Assembly: GCA_944390005.1 (NCBI GenBank)
Contig: CALXOJ010000001.1
Coordinates: 144,363-208,362, forward strand
Length of the DNA stretch: 64,000 bases
Direction: 5' to 3'
From: an uncultured Spirochaetota bacterium
GTDB lineage: Bacteria; Spirochaetota; Spirochaetia; JAFGXN01
Numbering within the stretch: the first letter of the stretch is position 1; every line of letters starts with the position of its first letter. Below the pieces are notes generated by a model. That model was not told the DNA's origin and did no database searches. It saw nothing but the letters and a program-made list of their open reading frames with translations. Both the position numbers and the translations under genes were made by a program. Positions 19,078-29,068 of the stretch are shown piece by piece.

Positions 19078-19905
19078 ATGAATTTATATGAAAACCTGCG
19101 GATCGGATTGACGTGGGTGCGGCCGGCTTTGGATATTCTGCTGCTGGCGTTTATCGTCTACTCCGTTTTGCACATTCTCCGAAAAGTTCCCGGCATTCGG
19201 CGGCTGGTAACGGTGGTCGCTGTTTTTTTTGCGTTTTATGTCGTTGCGTACATTTTGGATTTGCGGACCAACTTGTGGGTTTTTAATAAATTGATGGTTC
19301 TGGCCGGAATTGCAGTTATCGTTGCTTATCAATCGGAATTTAAGCAAATTTTTACACGGTTGGGCAGCGGCGGATTTTTCGGAGAGCCTTCCTCGTTGGC
19401 GCAAGAGGATCAAATCAAGAAAATCATTGATGCGCTTTATTATCTCTCTTCTGTCGGGAGAGGCGCTTTGATTGTCTTAGAGCGCCGCATCCGTCTCGAT
19501 ACGGTTGTTTCCAGCGGAACGAGAATTGACGCTGAGATCTCCTTTAATCTCCTCTGTTCGATTTTTGAAAAAGATACCCATCTTCACGACGGAGCTGTTT
19601 TGATTCGACAGGGGCGGCTTGAGGCGGCCGGATGCTTTTTACCGATGTCCGAACAGCGGGATTTGCGTTCGAGTTTCGGGACCCGTCACCGTTCCGCATT
19701 GGGAATGGCGGAAAACAGCGATGCGGTTGTTTTGATTGTGTCGGAAGAGACGCAGGCCGTTTCACTGGCGTTTGAATCGGAGTTTTTTTACGATTTAAAA
19801 CGAGACGAGTTGAGCTCTTATCTGAGCGGAATTTTTGAATTTGAAAGCGCGATTCGAGAACTTCCCGAATCTGCGGAACCGTCCGGGGGTTCCGATGAAA
19901 AATAA
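19078..19905 (+). CDS. cdaA: diadenylate cyclase (c-di-AMP synthase, DAC domain, 3 TM)
   Basis: DGA and RHR motifs (HLHDGAVLI...GTRHRSALG) with an N-terminal TM triplet. Confidence 0.9.
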   Translation: MNLYENLRIGLTWVRPALDILLLAFIVYSVLHILRKVPGIRRLVTVVAVFFAFYVVAYILDLRTNLWVFNKLMVLAGIAVIVAYQSEFKQIFTRLGSGGFFGEPSSLAQEDQIKKIIDALYYLSSVGRGALIVLERRIRLDTVVSSGTRIDAEISFNLLCSIFEKDTHLHDGAVLIRQGRLEAAGCFLPMSEQRDLRSSFGTRHRSALGMAENSDAVVLIVSEETQAVSLAFESEFFYDLKRDELSSYLSGIFEFESAIRELPESAEPSGGSDEK

Positions 19906-20845
19906 GAACCGCTTTTTATCGCTTTTCACCGACGAGTGGCAGCTGAAAATTGCGGCGTTGGTCGGAGCGGTATTTACTTGGTTTTTTTATGATATGATTT
20001 CTCTTGAAGAGAGGTATTTAACGGTTCCGTTGGAAGTGTCGATAAACGAAACGGTGGCGCCGCTGCGTTCCTATCCGGAAGCTGTCAAGTTAACCGTCCG
20101 CGGAAGAGCGGAGGATATTTACCTTTTTTCCGATGAGGATTTTCGCGCTTTTGCCGATTTTTCCGCACATGACGTTCCCGGACGTTATGCTGTTCCCATT
20201 TCCGTCCAATCGCTTCGTTCAGCCGAACTTTTAAACGATATTCAAATTGATACTGATCCGAAGTTTCTCGATTTGGCTTTCGATTGGAAGGTTACGAAAC
20301 AGGTTGAAGTGACGGCTGATTTAAAAGGATTTCCTGCTTCCGGTTTTGAAGTGGCGGAGGTCAGAGTCGAGCCGGCGTTTGTGGAAATTTCGGCTCCCGA
20401 ATCCGTTGCTGCTCCCATTGAAACGGTTTCCACCATTCCCATTCCGATTGACGGCAGTCGGAATTCGTTTTCGGTTTTGGCGGAGGTTGCGATTGATGAT
20501 AAAACGGTGAGTTTCACCGGTGATCCGATCGTCCGTTTGTATGTAACCGTTTCGGAAGTTTATGTCGAAAAAAACTTTGAGCCGCTTCCGATTGAGCTGA
20601 ACCATTCGCTTTCCGGAGGGACATTGAGCATTACGCCGCAGACGGGGAGTCTCAGTCTCTCCGGCCGGCAGCTTTTAATGGACGGTTTGAACGCTGCGGA
20701 TGTGTCGCTGAAAGTCGATTTGCCGGAGTTGGTTCCGGGGGAATCTGTTGAATTGCCGGTTGTTCCGTCTGTGCCGGAAGGAACAACCGTTTTGAAGCAA
20801 ACGCCGCAAACGGTGACTGTTACATACAACGGAGAAGAAAATTAA
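19895..20845 (+). CDS. cdaR: CdaR/YbbR-like domain protein (c-di-AMP cyclase regulator)
   Basis: Overlaps the cdaA 3' end. Single N-terminal TM segment plus repeated YbbR-like beta domains. Confidence 0.75.
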   Translation: MKNKNRFLSLFTDEWQLKIAALVGAVFTWFFYDMISLEERYLTVPLEVSINETVAPLRSYPEAVKLTVRGRAEDIYLFSDEDFRAFADFSAHDVPGRYAVPISVQSLRSAELLNDIQIDTDPKFLDLAFDWKVTKQVEVTADLKGFPASGFEVAEVRVEPAFVEISAPESVAAPIETVSTIPIPIDGSRNSFSVLAEVAIDDKTVSFTGDPIVRLYVTVSEVYVEKNFEPLPIELNHSLSGGTLSITPQTGSLSLSGRQLLMDGLNAADVSLKVDLPELVPGESVELPVVPSVPEGTTVLKQTPQTVTVTYNGEEN

Positions 20846-21228
20846 TGATTTTGGGAATCGGATGTGATATTATAGAATCGGAACGGATTGAACGGCTGTT
20901 GACGGAAACGGAAAAAATCGATCGTATTTTCACTGAATCCGAACGGAAATACTGCGACGGTAAGGGAAAGGAACGATCGGCTTCGTATGCAGCGCGGTTT
21001 GCGGCAAAAGAGGCGGCGGCAAAGGCATTCGGCTGCGGTATCGGTCCTGTTGCTTGGACGGAAATCGAAACGGTAAAAGAAACCGACGGAGCGCCTTATT
21101 TTCGTTTTTACGGAAAAGCCGAAGACTTGATGAAGAAGCATTCCGATTCGAAAATGCATCTGTCCGTCAGCCACGAAAAAAATTATGCTGTCGCTTATGC
21201 GATTTGGGAAGGAGGGGAACATGCCTGA
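20845..21228 (+). CDS. acpS: holo-[acyl-carrier-protein] synthase
   Basis: MILGIGCDIIESERIE...FAAKEAAAKAFG is the AcpS signature. Confidence 0.9.
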   Translation: MILGIGCDIIESERIERLLTETEKIDRIFTESERKYCDGKGKERSASYAARFAAKEAAAKAFGCGIGPVAWTEIETVKETDGAPYFRFYGKAEDLMKKHSDSKMHLSVSHEKNYAVAYAIWEGGEHA

Positions 21229-22111
21229 AGCTGCCAAAAAAGAGGTGTCGATTACTTTTTTTGAAAAATCGGAGAGTAAATGTCCGATTTGCGGACGAAC
21301 ATTCCATCGGGAGACGTTAAGAACCGGCGGCGGCCGTTTGAATTCCGATCGGTTATCGGACGAGCTGCGTCGTTTTTATAAACCGACGGAGAAATTCGGT
21401 GAGATCTATCCGTTGATTTATTACGTTGTGGTTTGTCCGCACTGTTGGTTCGCCGCTTTTGAAAAGGATTTTTTTGAAATTAAAAATAAAGAACGCCCCG
21501 GATTAACGGAGAGCGAATCCGACAGAAAAGCGGCGCTGTCGCTGATTTTTCCGGAGGCAGATTTTTCGAAAGAACGCACGCTGAAGGAGGGGATTGCCAG
21601 TTATTATTTGGCGTGTTCGTGCTATAAATACCGCAACATCGATTTGGCGCCGACGATTAAGCAGGGAATTTCGTGTCTGCGCGCAGCGTGGCTTTTGCTC
21701 GATCTGAATAAAAAAGAACCGGGGAAAAATTACGATTTACTGGCGAAGTGTTTTTATCAAAACGCCGCCCGCTTGTATCGGTTCGCCGTAAAACAGGAAA
21801 GTACGGGAAAAGAGGCGTTTTCGACAGTTGCCGGATTGGGTCCCGATATCGACAAAAATTACGGTTTTGACGGTGTTCTTTATCTGGCAGGACTTTTGGA
21901 GTATCGTTACGGCAGCCGCGCCGATATGCGCAAACGAATTGCGATTTTGGAGGAGCAGCGCAGAAGCGTCTCCCGTGTTTTCGGAATGGGAAAGTCGGAT
22001 AAAAACAAACCGAAGGAGATTCTCGGAAAGGCGCGTGATTTGTATAACGAGTTAGGCGAGTACATTTCGGAACAGAGCGAGGAGCTGAACGAAGCCGAAG
22101 AGACGGTATGA
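21221..22111 (+). CDS. DUF2225-like zinc-ribbon protein
   Basis: CPICGRTF...CPHCWFA zinc-ribbon pair followed by a helical repeat region. GGAGG ribosome-binding site before the ATG at 21221. Confidence 0.6.
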   Translation: MPEAAKKEVSITFFEKSESKCPICGRTFHRETLRTGGGRLNSDRLSDELRRFYKPTEKFGEIYPLIYYVVVCPHCWFAAFEKDFFEIKNKERPGLTESESDRKAALSLIFPEADFSKERTLKEGIASYYLACSCYKYRNIDLAPTIKQGISCLRAAWLLLDLNKKEPGKNYDLLAKCFYQNAARLYRFAVKQESTGKEAFSTVAGLGPDIDKNYGFDGVLYLAGLLEYRYGSRADMRKRIAILEEQRRSVSRVFGMGKSDKNKPKEILGKARDLYNELGEYISEQSEELNEAEETV

Positions 22112-22857
22112 GACGTATTCGGTTGGATCTCTCCTACGACGGCAGCGGCTTTTGCGGCTGGCAGATTCAGGCGAAAGGAAGGACGGTTCAGGGCGTTGTC
22201 GAAGAGGCGCTGTCGCACTTTTTAAAGGAAACGGTGCGCGTTGTCGGCGCAGGACGGACGGATTCGGGCGTTCACGCCGAACGCCAAAGCTGTCACTTCG
22301 ATACGCAGAATAAATCGATTCCTGCCGATAAATTTGCCCCCGCCTTAAACCGCTTTCTGCCGCCCGATATCCGGATCCTGGAAAGCAGCGCCGCCGACAG
22401 CCGCTTTCATGCGCGGTTTTCGGCGGCAGAGAGGGTTTACCGTTATCGTTTTTATCCGGGATTTCCGGCGCCGCCGATGTGGAGCCGTTACGCTCTTGCG
22501 CTGAAGCATCCGCTTTCAACGGAACGGCTGAACCGTTTGGCGGCGGTTTTTGTCGGTACGCACGATTTTACTGCGTTTTGTTCGGTCTCGGATCGGAGCC
22601 GCTCAAAAATCAGAACCATCAACCGCGCTTTTTTCTTCGAACAGCCGCCGTTTCTCGTTTTCGAAATTGCCGGAAACGCGTTTTTGTGGAACATGGTTCG
22701 CTCCATCGTCGGAACCATTTTAAACGAATACGGTAGCGAAGACGCTGAAGAGAAAATCCGCCGATTATTGGAAAGCGGTAATCGCAGCGGCTGCGGGACA
22801 ACGGCACCGGCGCACGGATTGTCGCTGATAAGGGTCAAGTATGACGAAAAAGAGTGA
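22108..22857 (+). CDS. truA: tRNA pseudouridine(38-40) synthase
   Basis: LSYDGSGFCGWQIQ...GAGRTDSGVHA catalytic aspartate motif. Confidence 0.9.
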   Translation: MRRIRLDLSYDGSGFCGWQIQAKGRTVQGVVEEALSHFLKETVRVVGAGRTDSGVHAERQSCHFDTQNKSIPADKFAPALNRFLPPDIRILESSAADSRFHARFSAAERVYRYRFYPGFPAPPMWSRYALALKHPLSTERLNRLAAVFVGTHDFTAFCSVSDRSRSKIRTINRAFFFEQPPFLVFEIAGNAFLWNMVRSIVGTILNEYGSEDAEEKIRRLLESGNRSGCGTTAPAHGLSLIRVKYDEKE

Positions 22858-23599
22858 AATTGAATCGTTTTGGGATTTTGTCGGACGCTTTGAAGATTAC
22901 ATCGGTTCGGGAATCGCAAAAGAACACGAGCCGTTTGTTTTTGCAAAAGTCGATAACGATCAGCGACGAACACCCGTTTCAGGAGCGGCTTCTGACGACT
23001 TTCTTGAATACAAGGAACTCTCCGACCGGGAAAAAAATCTCGAATGGCAGCGCTGCTGTGAAAATATGAAGGGATGCTGTTTGTGCAGACTTTCATCAAT
23101 AAGACATTCCGTCGTTCCCGGAACAGCGGCGCAAAAATTTGATTTACTTGTTATCGGAGACTATCCCTCGACTCAAGAGGATTCATCCGGAAGAAACAGC
23201 GGAGCGGCTTTCGAATACCTCGGTAAGTGGCTGAATTCGATTGAGGCGGCTGTCGGAGAGAATGCCGCTTACGCATCCGTTTTAAAATGCTGTCCCGGCA
23301 GTTTGGCTGAAATTGATTCGTTCACGGTTGGGGCGTGCCGTCCGTATTTGGAACGGCAGATGGCGATAGCCTCTCCAAAGGTGATTTTGGCAACGGGATC
23401 GCTTTTTTTGCGCTGGTTTTTAAATTCGAAAGAACCGCTGCCGGCGGCGCGCGGACGGCTGTTCGAGTACCGCTCCATCCCTGTGATTGTGACTTATGAT
23501 CCGCAAACGGTTTTGAATGAATCCGGTTTGAGACGCCCCGTTTGGGAGGATTTGAAAACCGTTCGACGTCTTTTGAATAACCGGTTGATCAATGATTAA
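22841..23599 (+). CDS. uracil-DNA glycosylase, family 4-like
   Basis: CxxC...GDYPSTQED (GEAPG-like) and C-terminal HPS-like blocks typical of UDG family 4/5. Confidence 0.7.
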   Translation: MTKKSEIESFWDFVGRFEDYIGSGIAKEHEPFVFAKVDNDQRRTPVSGAASDDFLEYKELSDREKNLEWQRCCENMKGCCLCRLSSIRHSVVPGTAAQKFDLLVIGDYPSTQEDSSGRNSGAAFEYLGKWLNSIEAAVGENAAYASVLKCCPGSLAEIDSFTVGACRPYLERQMAIASPKVILATGSLFLRWFLNSKEPLPAARGRLFEYRSIPVIVTYDPQTVLNESGLRRPVWEDLKTVRRLLNNRLIND

Positions 23600-25559
23600 G
23601 CGGTTCGCCGATATTTGCTTCAATCGTCCTCTTCAGTCAGCGTATACTTATGCGGTTCCGGATGACTTCAAAGATCCCGTTGGGAAAAGAGTTATTGTCG
23701 ACTTCAACGGACGTCAGTTGACCGGTTATGCAATTCGAAGCTACGAGTCGCAGGAGGATTCGTTTAAATACACCGTCAAACCGATTTTGAAAATTCAGGA
23801 TGACGAACCGCTGTTCGGAGAATTTCAGATTCGGCTGGCGAGGTGGATTGCCGAACGGTATTTCTGTTCCGTCGGAGAGGCGCTTTCCTGCATGGTTCCC
23901 GGCGGAAAACGGGAAGTTGATTCTCTTTCGTTGTGGGATCATAGCGGATCGCCTGCAGCCGACGAAATTCCCTGTTTAACCGAAGAGCAGCAGCACGCGG
24001 TCGATACGATTCTTGATTCGGATAAGACCTTTTTTTATCTCTTCGGAATCACAGGTTCAGGAAAGACCGAAGTTTATCTGAATGTTGCCCGGCAGACGTT
24101 GGAGAAAGGACGCGGCGTCTTGTATCTTGTTCCGGAAATTGCGCTGACGCATCAGTTGACTGATTTGGTTGTCAGCCGATTCGGAAATCGAGTTTCCGTT
24201 ATTCACAGCGGATTGACGCCGGCGCAGAAATACACGCAGTGGCGGCGGATTTTGAGAGGAGAGGCCGATTTTGTCATCGGCGCCCGCAGCGCGGTTTTTG
24301 CGCCGCTTCCCGATCTCGGGTTGATTATATTGGATGAGGAGCACGAAGGCAGCTACAAGTCGCAATCTGTGCCGCGTTATCACGCTCGGCAGGCGGCAAT
24401 GTACATTGCGCAGCAAAACGGAGCCAAACTGGTAATGGGAAGCGCTACTCCGTCGGCTGAGGCGTATGAAGCAATGCGGATGCGGAAGGTTGAACCGTTG
24501 ATTCTGAAACAACGGCCGGCCGGAGGACGGCTGCCTCGATTTCATGTCATTGATATGCGCGGGCGCCGGGAGCTGCTCTCCGCCGAATTGATTCAAGCTG
24601 TCGCTCAAACACTCCGCGAAGGACGGCAGGTCATTCTGTTTTTAAACCGCCGCGGATTTTCTTATGCATTTCGCTGTCGGACTTGTGGTTTTACGTTTCG
24701 ATGTCCGTATTGTTCGCTGCCGCTGACATACCATAAACGAGAAAACCGCTTTATTTGTCACTGCTGCGGACGAATGCAGCCGCCGGTTCATTATTGTCCG
24801 CAATGCCGTTCGTTTGATGTCGGTTATGCCGGAATCGGAACCGAAAAAATCGAAGAGGAGACGACGGCGATTTTTCCCGACGTAAAAACGGAGCGAGTGG
24901 ATCGCGACACAGTCAAAAATGCCAAGGAATTGGGGGCCGTATTGGAACGGTTTCGGCAGGGCGAGACCCGGATTTTAATGGGAACGCAAATGATTGCCAA
25001 AGGACTGAATTTTCCCGGAGTGAAGACGGTCGGAATCGTGAGTGTTGATAACATTCTGCGGATTCCCGATTTTCGTTCGGCGGAGAGGGCGTTCTCTCTC
25101 ATTATGCAGGCAGCCGGCCGCGCAGGACGATATTCCGACGACGGCGAAGTGTACATTCAAACCGAAATGGGACATCATCCGGCATTGGTGCATGCAGTAA
25201 AGGGAGAAGCGGATGAATTTTATCGGGAGGAGTTAATGATGCGCCAAGCTGCCGGGTTTCCGCCGTTTTCGGGATTGGTTCACTTGGTTTGCAAATCGGT
25301 CGATCGGGACACAGCAGAAACGGCTATCACCCGACTGGCGGAAGTTTTACAGAACAATGGAATCGGGGCGGATGAGTTGTTGGGGCCGACAGAGGCGCCG
25401 GTTGCTAAATTGAATGGCAAATATCGTTTTCACTGCTTGATACGCACTTCGAGGCCGCAAAAATACGCAAAGATTGTCAAAGAAGCGGCTGCGGCGGTTG
25501 TCGGCGAATTCCGTCGGTGTCAAATTGATATCGATGCCGATCCGCTATCGGTTGAATAG
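23592..25559 (+). CDS. priA: primosomal protein N' (replication restart helicase)
   Basis: Walker A GITGSGKTEVYL, DEEH box, and Cys-rich zinc-binding insert CRTCGF...CPYCS...CHCCG...CPQC. Confidence 0.9.
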   Translation: MIKRFADICFNRPLQSAYTYAVPDDFKDPVGKRVIVDFNGRQLTGYAIRSYESQEDSFKYTVKPILKIQDDEPLFGEFQIRLARWIAERYFCSVGEALSCMVPGGKREVDSLSLWDHSGSPAADEIPCLTEEQQHAVDTILDSDKTFFYLFGITGSGKTEVYLNVARQTLEKGRGVLYLVPEIALTHQLTDLVVSRFGNRVSVIHSGLTPAQKYTQWRRILRGEADFVIGARSAVFAPLPDLGLIILDEEHEGSYKSQSVPRYHARQAAMYIAQQNGAKLVMGSATPSAEAYEAMRMRKVEPLILKQRPAGGRLPRFHVIDMRGRRELLSAELIQAVAQTLREGRQVILFLNRRGFSYAFRCRTCGFTFRCPYCSLPLTYHKRENRFICHCCGRMQPPVHYCPQCRSFDVGYAGIGTEKIEEETTAIFPDVKTERVDRDTVKNAKELGAVLERFRQGETRILMGTQMIAKGLNFPGVKTVGIVSVDNILRIPDFRSAERAFSLIMQAAGRAGRYSDDGEVYIQTEMGHHPALVHAVKGEADEFYREELMMRQAAGFPPFSGLVHLVCKSVDRDTAETAITRLAEVLQNNGIGADELLGPTEAPVAKLNGKYRFHCLIRTSRPQKYAKIVKEAAAAVVGEFRRCQIDIDADPLSVE

Positions 25560-25588
25560 ACTTGCCAAAGCGGCCGAATTTTAGTACA

Positions 25589-26089
25589 ATGAAAATAATG
25601 AAACTGACCTTAATCGGAGATCCGGTCCTTCGTGAAAAGGCCGGGCCGGTAGAACAATTTGACGACTCTTTGCGGCAAACGCTTGACGGAATGGTTAAGC
25701 TGATGCGGAAAAAATCGGGAGTCGGATTAGCGGCTCCGCAGATAGGCATTAAAAAACGATTTTTCGTCGTCCAGGTTCCGGGAGAAGAGCCGCTTTTCTT
25801 TGTCAATCCCGAAATCATCGGCACTTCGATGGAAATGAGTGACTTTGAAGAAGGCTGTCTGAGCGTTCCCGGCGTCTGGGGAGTGATTTCCCGTCCATCA
25901 TCGATTCAGATTCAAGCCCAAAACGGTGACGGTAAATTTTTTCGGCTTTCTGCCGATGGTTATCTGGCGCGCATCATTCAGCATGAATACGATCATCTCA
26001 ACGGCATTCTGTTTGTTGATCACTTTGATGAAAAACAGTCGGCAAAATATCAAAAAAAATTAAAAAAAGCGGAGCCGGCAAAAAAATGA
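25589..26089 (+). CDS. def: peptide deformylase
   Basis: GVGLAAPQIG, EGCLS and QHEYDHL motifs. Start uncertain (ATG 25589 or 25598; the track begins at TTG 25562). Confidence 0.85.
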   Translation: MKIMKLTLIGDPVLREKAGPVEQFDDSLRQTLDGMVKLMRKKSGVGLAAPQIGIKKRFFVVQVPGEEPLFFVNPEIIGTSMEMSDFEEGCLSVPGVWGVISRPSSIQIQAQNGDGKFFRLSADGYLARIIQHEYDHLNGILFVDHFDEKQSAKYQKKLKKAEPAKK

Positions 26090-27057
26090 AGATTTTTTTT
26101 GCGGGGACTCCCGCCATCGCCGTTCCGACGCTGGAAGCACTGAACGCTTCTCCTGATATCGAGATTGTGGGCGTATTGACCAATCCTGATCGGCCTGTTG
26201 GCCGGGGGCGTCATTACGAATCGACGCCGGTAAAAGCAAAAGCACTTGACTTGAAGCTGCGCGTTTATCAGCCTGAATCATTGGCTGAGGATTTTTTTGA
26301 CGTGATTCGTTTTTGCCGACCGCAGTTGTTGGTTGTATTCGCTTACGGAAAAATCTTTTCACAGGATTTCCTGTCGCTCTTTCCGAACGGCGGCATCAAT
26401 ATTCATCCGTCTCTGCTGCCGCGATGGCGCGGACCTTCCCCGATTACTGCCGCCTTGCTTGCCCGCGACACTCAGACGGGACTGTCGATTCAAACCGTTG
26501 ATAAGCGGATGGATTGCGGAGATATTCTGTACAGCGAAAAGGTCTTTCTCAGCGGCCGCGAAACTGCGGAATCGCTGAATACTCTTTTTGCCTCAATGGC
26601 AGCGGAGGCGGCGGTTTGCGTTGTTGAAAATTTTGAAGAATTTTATCGCAATCGGACGCCGCAGGACGAGTCGGCAGCGACTTATTGCCGCAAAATCAAA
26701 AAAGAAGACGGAATCATCGATTGGACGATGCCGGCGGTCGATATTGACGCTTGCGTCCGCGCCTATTATCCTCAGCCGAAAGCCCGTTCGTATTTTAACG
26801 GAATCGAGCTGTATTTTCTCCGTTGCGACGTATTCGATTCGGCGCGGCTGCCTCTTTCGCTTCTTGAAACTGCGGCGGCGGCTGTTCCCGGTGAAATTTT
26901 CGGTTATTTGAAACCGATCGGATTTTTAATCAAAACAGGAGACGGCATTCTGTCCGTTTCCGAATTGCAGTTGAAGTCAAGAAAGGCGTTGGATGCGGCG
27001 TCTTTCAAAAACGGTTCTCCCGAAATTGTCGGGACCCGTTTGGGGAGTGAGCCATGA
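26086..27057 (+). CDS. fmt: methionyl-tRNA formyltransferase
   Basis: N-terminal formyltransferase domain with HPSLLPRWRG. ATGA overlap with def. Confidence 0.9.
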   Translation: MKIFFAGTPAIAVPTLEALNASPDIEIVGVLTNPDRPVGRGRHYESTPVKAKALDLKLRVYQPESLAEDFFDVIRFCRPQLLVVFAYGKIFSQDFLSLFPNGGINIHPSLLPRWRGPSPITAALLARDTQTGLSIQTVDKRMDCGDILYSEKVFLSGRETAESLNTLFASMAAEAAVCVVENFEEFYRNRTPQDESAATYCRKIKKEDGIIDWTMPAVDIDACVRAYYPQPKARSYFNGIELYFLRCDVFDSARLPLSLLETAAAAVPGEIFGYLKPIGFLIKTGDGILSVSELQLKSRKALDAASFKNGSPEIVGTRLGSEP

Positions 27058-28094
27058 AAATCAAAACATCCGGATCCCTCGGAAAGAGGATTCTCGCCTT
27101 TCTCAGAAGTCTTTTCTATGAAGAAACGGATTCTCCGGAGGTGAAGACCGTCAAAGTCGTTTCTTATACGGTTTTGACCGTCATTGCCGTCTGTATTCTT
27201 TTGTCAAGCATTCTGTTTTCTGCTCTTTTTGAAGAGAGGGAAACCGTTTCCGTTCCGAACGTTGTCGGTATGACGTTGGATGAAGCGATGGAGACAATGC
27301 AAAATCATTTTCTCCGCGTTAAAATTAATCGAGTCAATACAGAAGATTTGACTGAGAAAGGGGTTGTGGTTTCACAAACCAAAACTCCCGGTTCAGTTGT
27401 CAAAGTCGATTATACGGTTGTTTTGAATGTTGGAAAGGGACCTGTTTCGGATAAAATCACTGATTTTTCGGGGTGGGACATTGACGACGTGGAACCTTTT
27501 TTAAAAGCGTATCAATCGCAGCTGACGTTGTTGTATCCGCTTTCATATGTAGTCAATAACCGTCCGCGGGGGACCGTTTTGGGACAGGATCCTCCTGCCG
27601 GGACGGAGATTTACGGCGATATTTCACTGCGCCTGTTTGTCTCCGGAGGTCCGGACTTGTACCGGACGTCGATTGAAAATTTTGTCGGAAAATCTTACCG
27701 CGAAACGATGCTGACGCTTGCAAACCGGAATATTGCGTTTCGTTTTACGGCAGAGGCTCCGCAAACGCGGCAGTCGCCGTTTACCATCTCTTCACAATCC
27801 GTCGAACCCGGTGAATTGATTTCCGTTTTCGAAGGCTGTGTGTTTAACGTCGTTCCGCCGACTTATGTCTCTGCTGATCGGGTTTTCGGTTTAGTTTCCG
27901 CAGCCGTTGAACGCCCGCGTGTTCCCGTTTTACTGAAGGTGACGCGAACCCCTGTCAATCAACGGGAAGAAGATTATTTTTCCATGCAGTTTATGAGCGA
28001 TGTTATTTCTTTTCCGTATTACGATGCGCCGGGAACCGTTTACACGATTTATATGGACGAAACTCCCGTTACAATTCATCAAGTTGCAAAATGA
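27054..28094 (+). CDS. membrane-anchored PASTA-domain protein (no kinase or transpeptidase domain)
   Basis: One N-terminal TM segment and repeated PASTA-like units (VPNVVGMTLDEA...VVSQTKTPGSVV). ATGA overlap with fmt. Confidence 0.6.
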   Translation: MKIKTSGSLGKRILAFLRSLFYEETDSPEVKTVKVVSYTVLTVIAVCILLSSILFSALFEERETVSVPNVVGMTLDEAMETMQNHFLRVKINRVNTEDLTEKGVVVSQTKTPGSVVKVDYTVVLNVGKGPVSDKITDFSGWDIDDVEPFLKAYQSQLTLLYPLSYVVNNRPRGTVLGQDPPAGTEIYGDISLRLFVSGGPDLYRTSIENFVGKSYRETMLTLANRNIAFRFTAEAPQTRQSPFTISSQSVEPGELISVFEGCVFNVVPPTYVSADRVFGLVSAAVERPRVPVLLKVTRTPVNQREEDYFSMQFMSDVISFPYYDAPGTVYTIYMDETPVTIHQVAK

Positions 28095-29014
28095 ACCGGG
28101 CAATTCAGGGATTTCTTCTTTTTATCGCAGTACTCGCTGTTTCGTGCGGAATCGCTCCGCCGAAAGAGATGAAGGCACAGCTGTTTTTGGATTTTCTTGA
28201 TACAACGTCCGATGAGATCGTGGATTCGTTCAACGATTTCTCCGCGCTGGATCTATTGAAGCCGTATTGGCTGCCGAATCCTCTGCTGTGGCATTTTCCG
28301 CCGTCTCAAGAAATTCTATTTGAGAAGAGCGCTTTTCCCTCCGAAGAGCTTGACGATTCCGTCATGTTCGCTTTAAATGGAAATGGTGAAATCGTTTTAA
28401 ATCGGAATTTTTATTTTACCGCATGGGGGAAAACACTTGTTTACTCGTTCGATAAAATCCGCTGGTTTGCGCTGGACGGCGATCCGCGGGAGTATGAGGC
28501 GTTTGTTCCCGACATTCGTTTCCGGTCGCAGCGCGACGGCGGGCGGCTGCACTTCCGTTTTACGTGGGCTGTACGCGAAGGAAATTCACCGAAACCGGTG
28601 CCGCTGAGGGATGCGGTTGTTTTTTCCGAACGGAAAGAAATTTCTCTCTTGCCGAATCAGGTCTGTTACTCCACCGACAAAAACGACCGCCCTGTTGATC
28701 TGCATTCTCATGTGTTTTTTGTTCCGAACGGAACGAAAGTCGCGTTTAAATGGGATTTTGACTGTAATTTTTTGCAGCTGCATCAGCTTGACGGCTGCCG
28801 CACGGTTTTGAAGCCTCTCAAAGATTTATGGTTTTATCGGAAAAATAGAATTATTTCTCTCGGTTTTGACGGGAAAAATTACGGAGATACCTTTTTTAGT
28901 TATCGGTTTGCAATGAAACAATCGGTAACAACGGATGATACAGGTTATCCGACCGTTTGTCAACGGATTCTTTTAGTGAATAAAAAATTTCCACATATTG
29001 ATGTTGCCGACTGA
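28091..29014 (+). CDS. lipoprotein, unknown function
   Basis: Signal peptide plus lipobox (LAVSCG). ATGA-coupled to the PASTA protein. Confidence 0.5.
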   Translation: MNRAIQGFLLFIAVLAVSCGIAPPKEMKAQLFLDFLDTTSDEIVDSFNDFSALDLLKPYWLPNPLLWHFPPSQEILFEKSAFPSEELDDSVMFALNGNGEIVLNRNFYFTAWGKTLVYSFDKIRWFALDGDPREYEAFVPDIRFRSQRDGGRLHFRFTWAVREGNSPKPVPLRDAVVFSERKEISLLPNQVCYSTDKNDRPVDLHSHVFFVPNGTKVAFKWDFDCNFLQLHQLDGCRTVLKPLKDLWFYRKNRIISLGFDGKNYGDTFFSYRFAMKQSVTTDDTGYPTVCQRILLVNKKFPHIDVAD

Positions 29015-29068
29015 CCGTCGCGATTCGCTCTAAAACGGTCATTTTCGGTTTTAATGAAAGGAGCGAAT

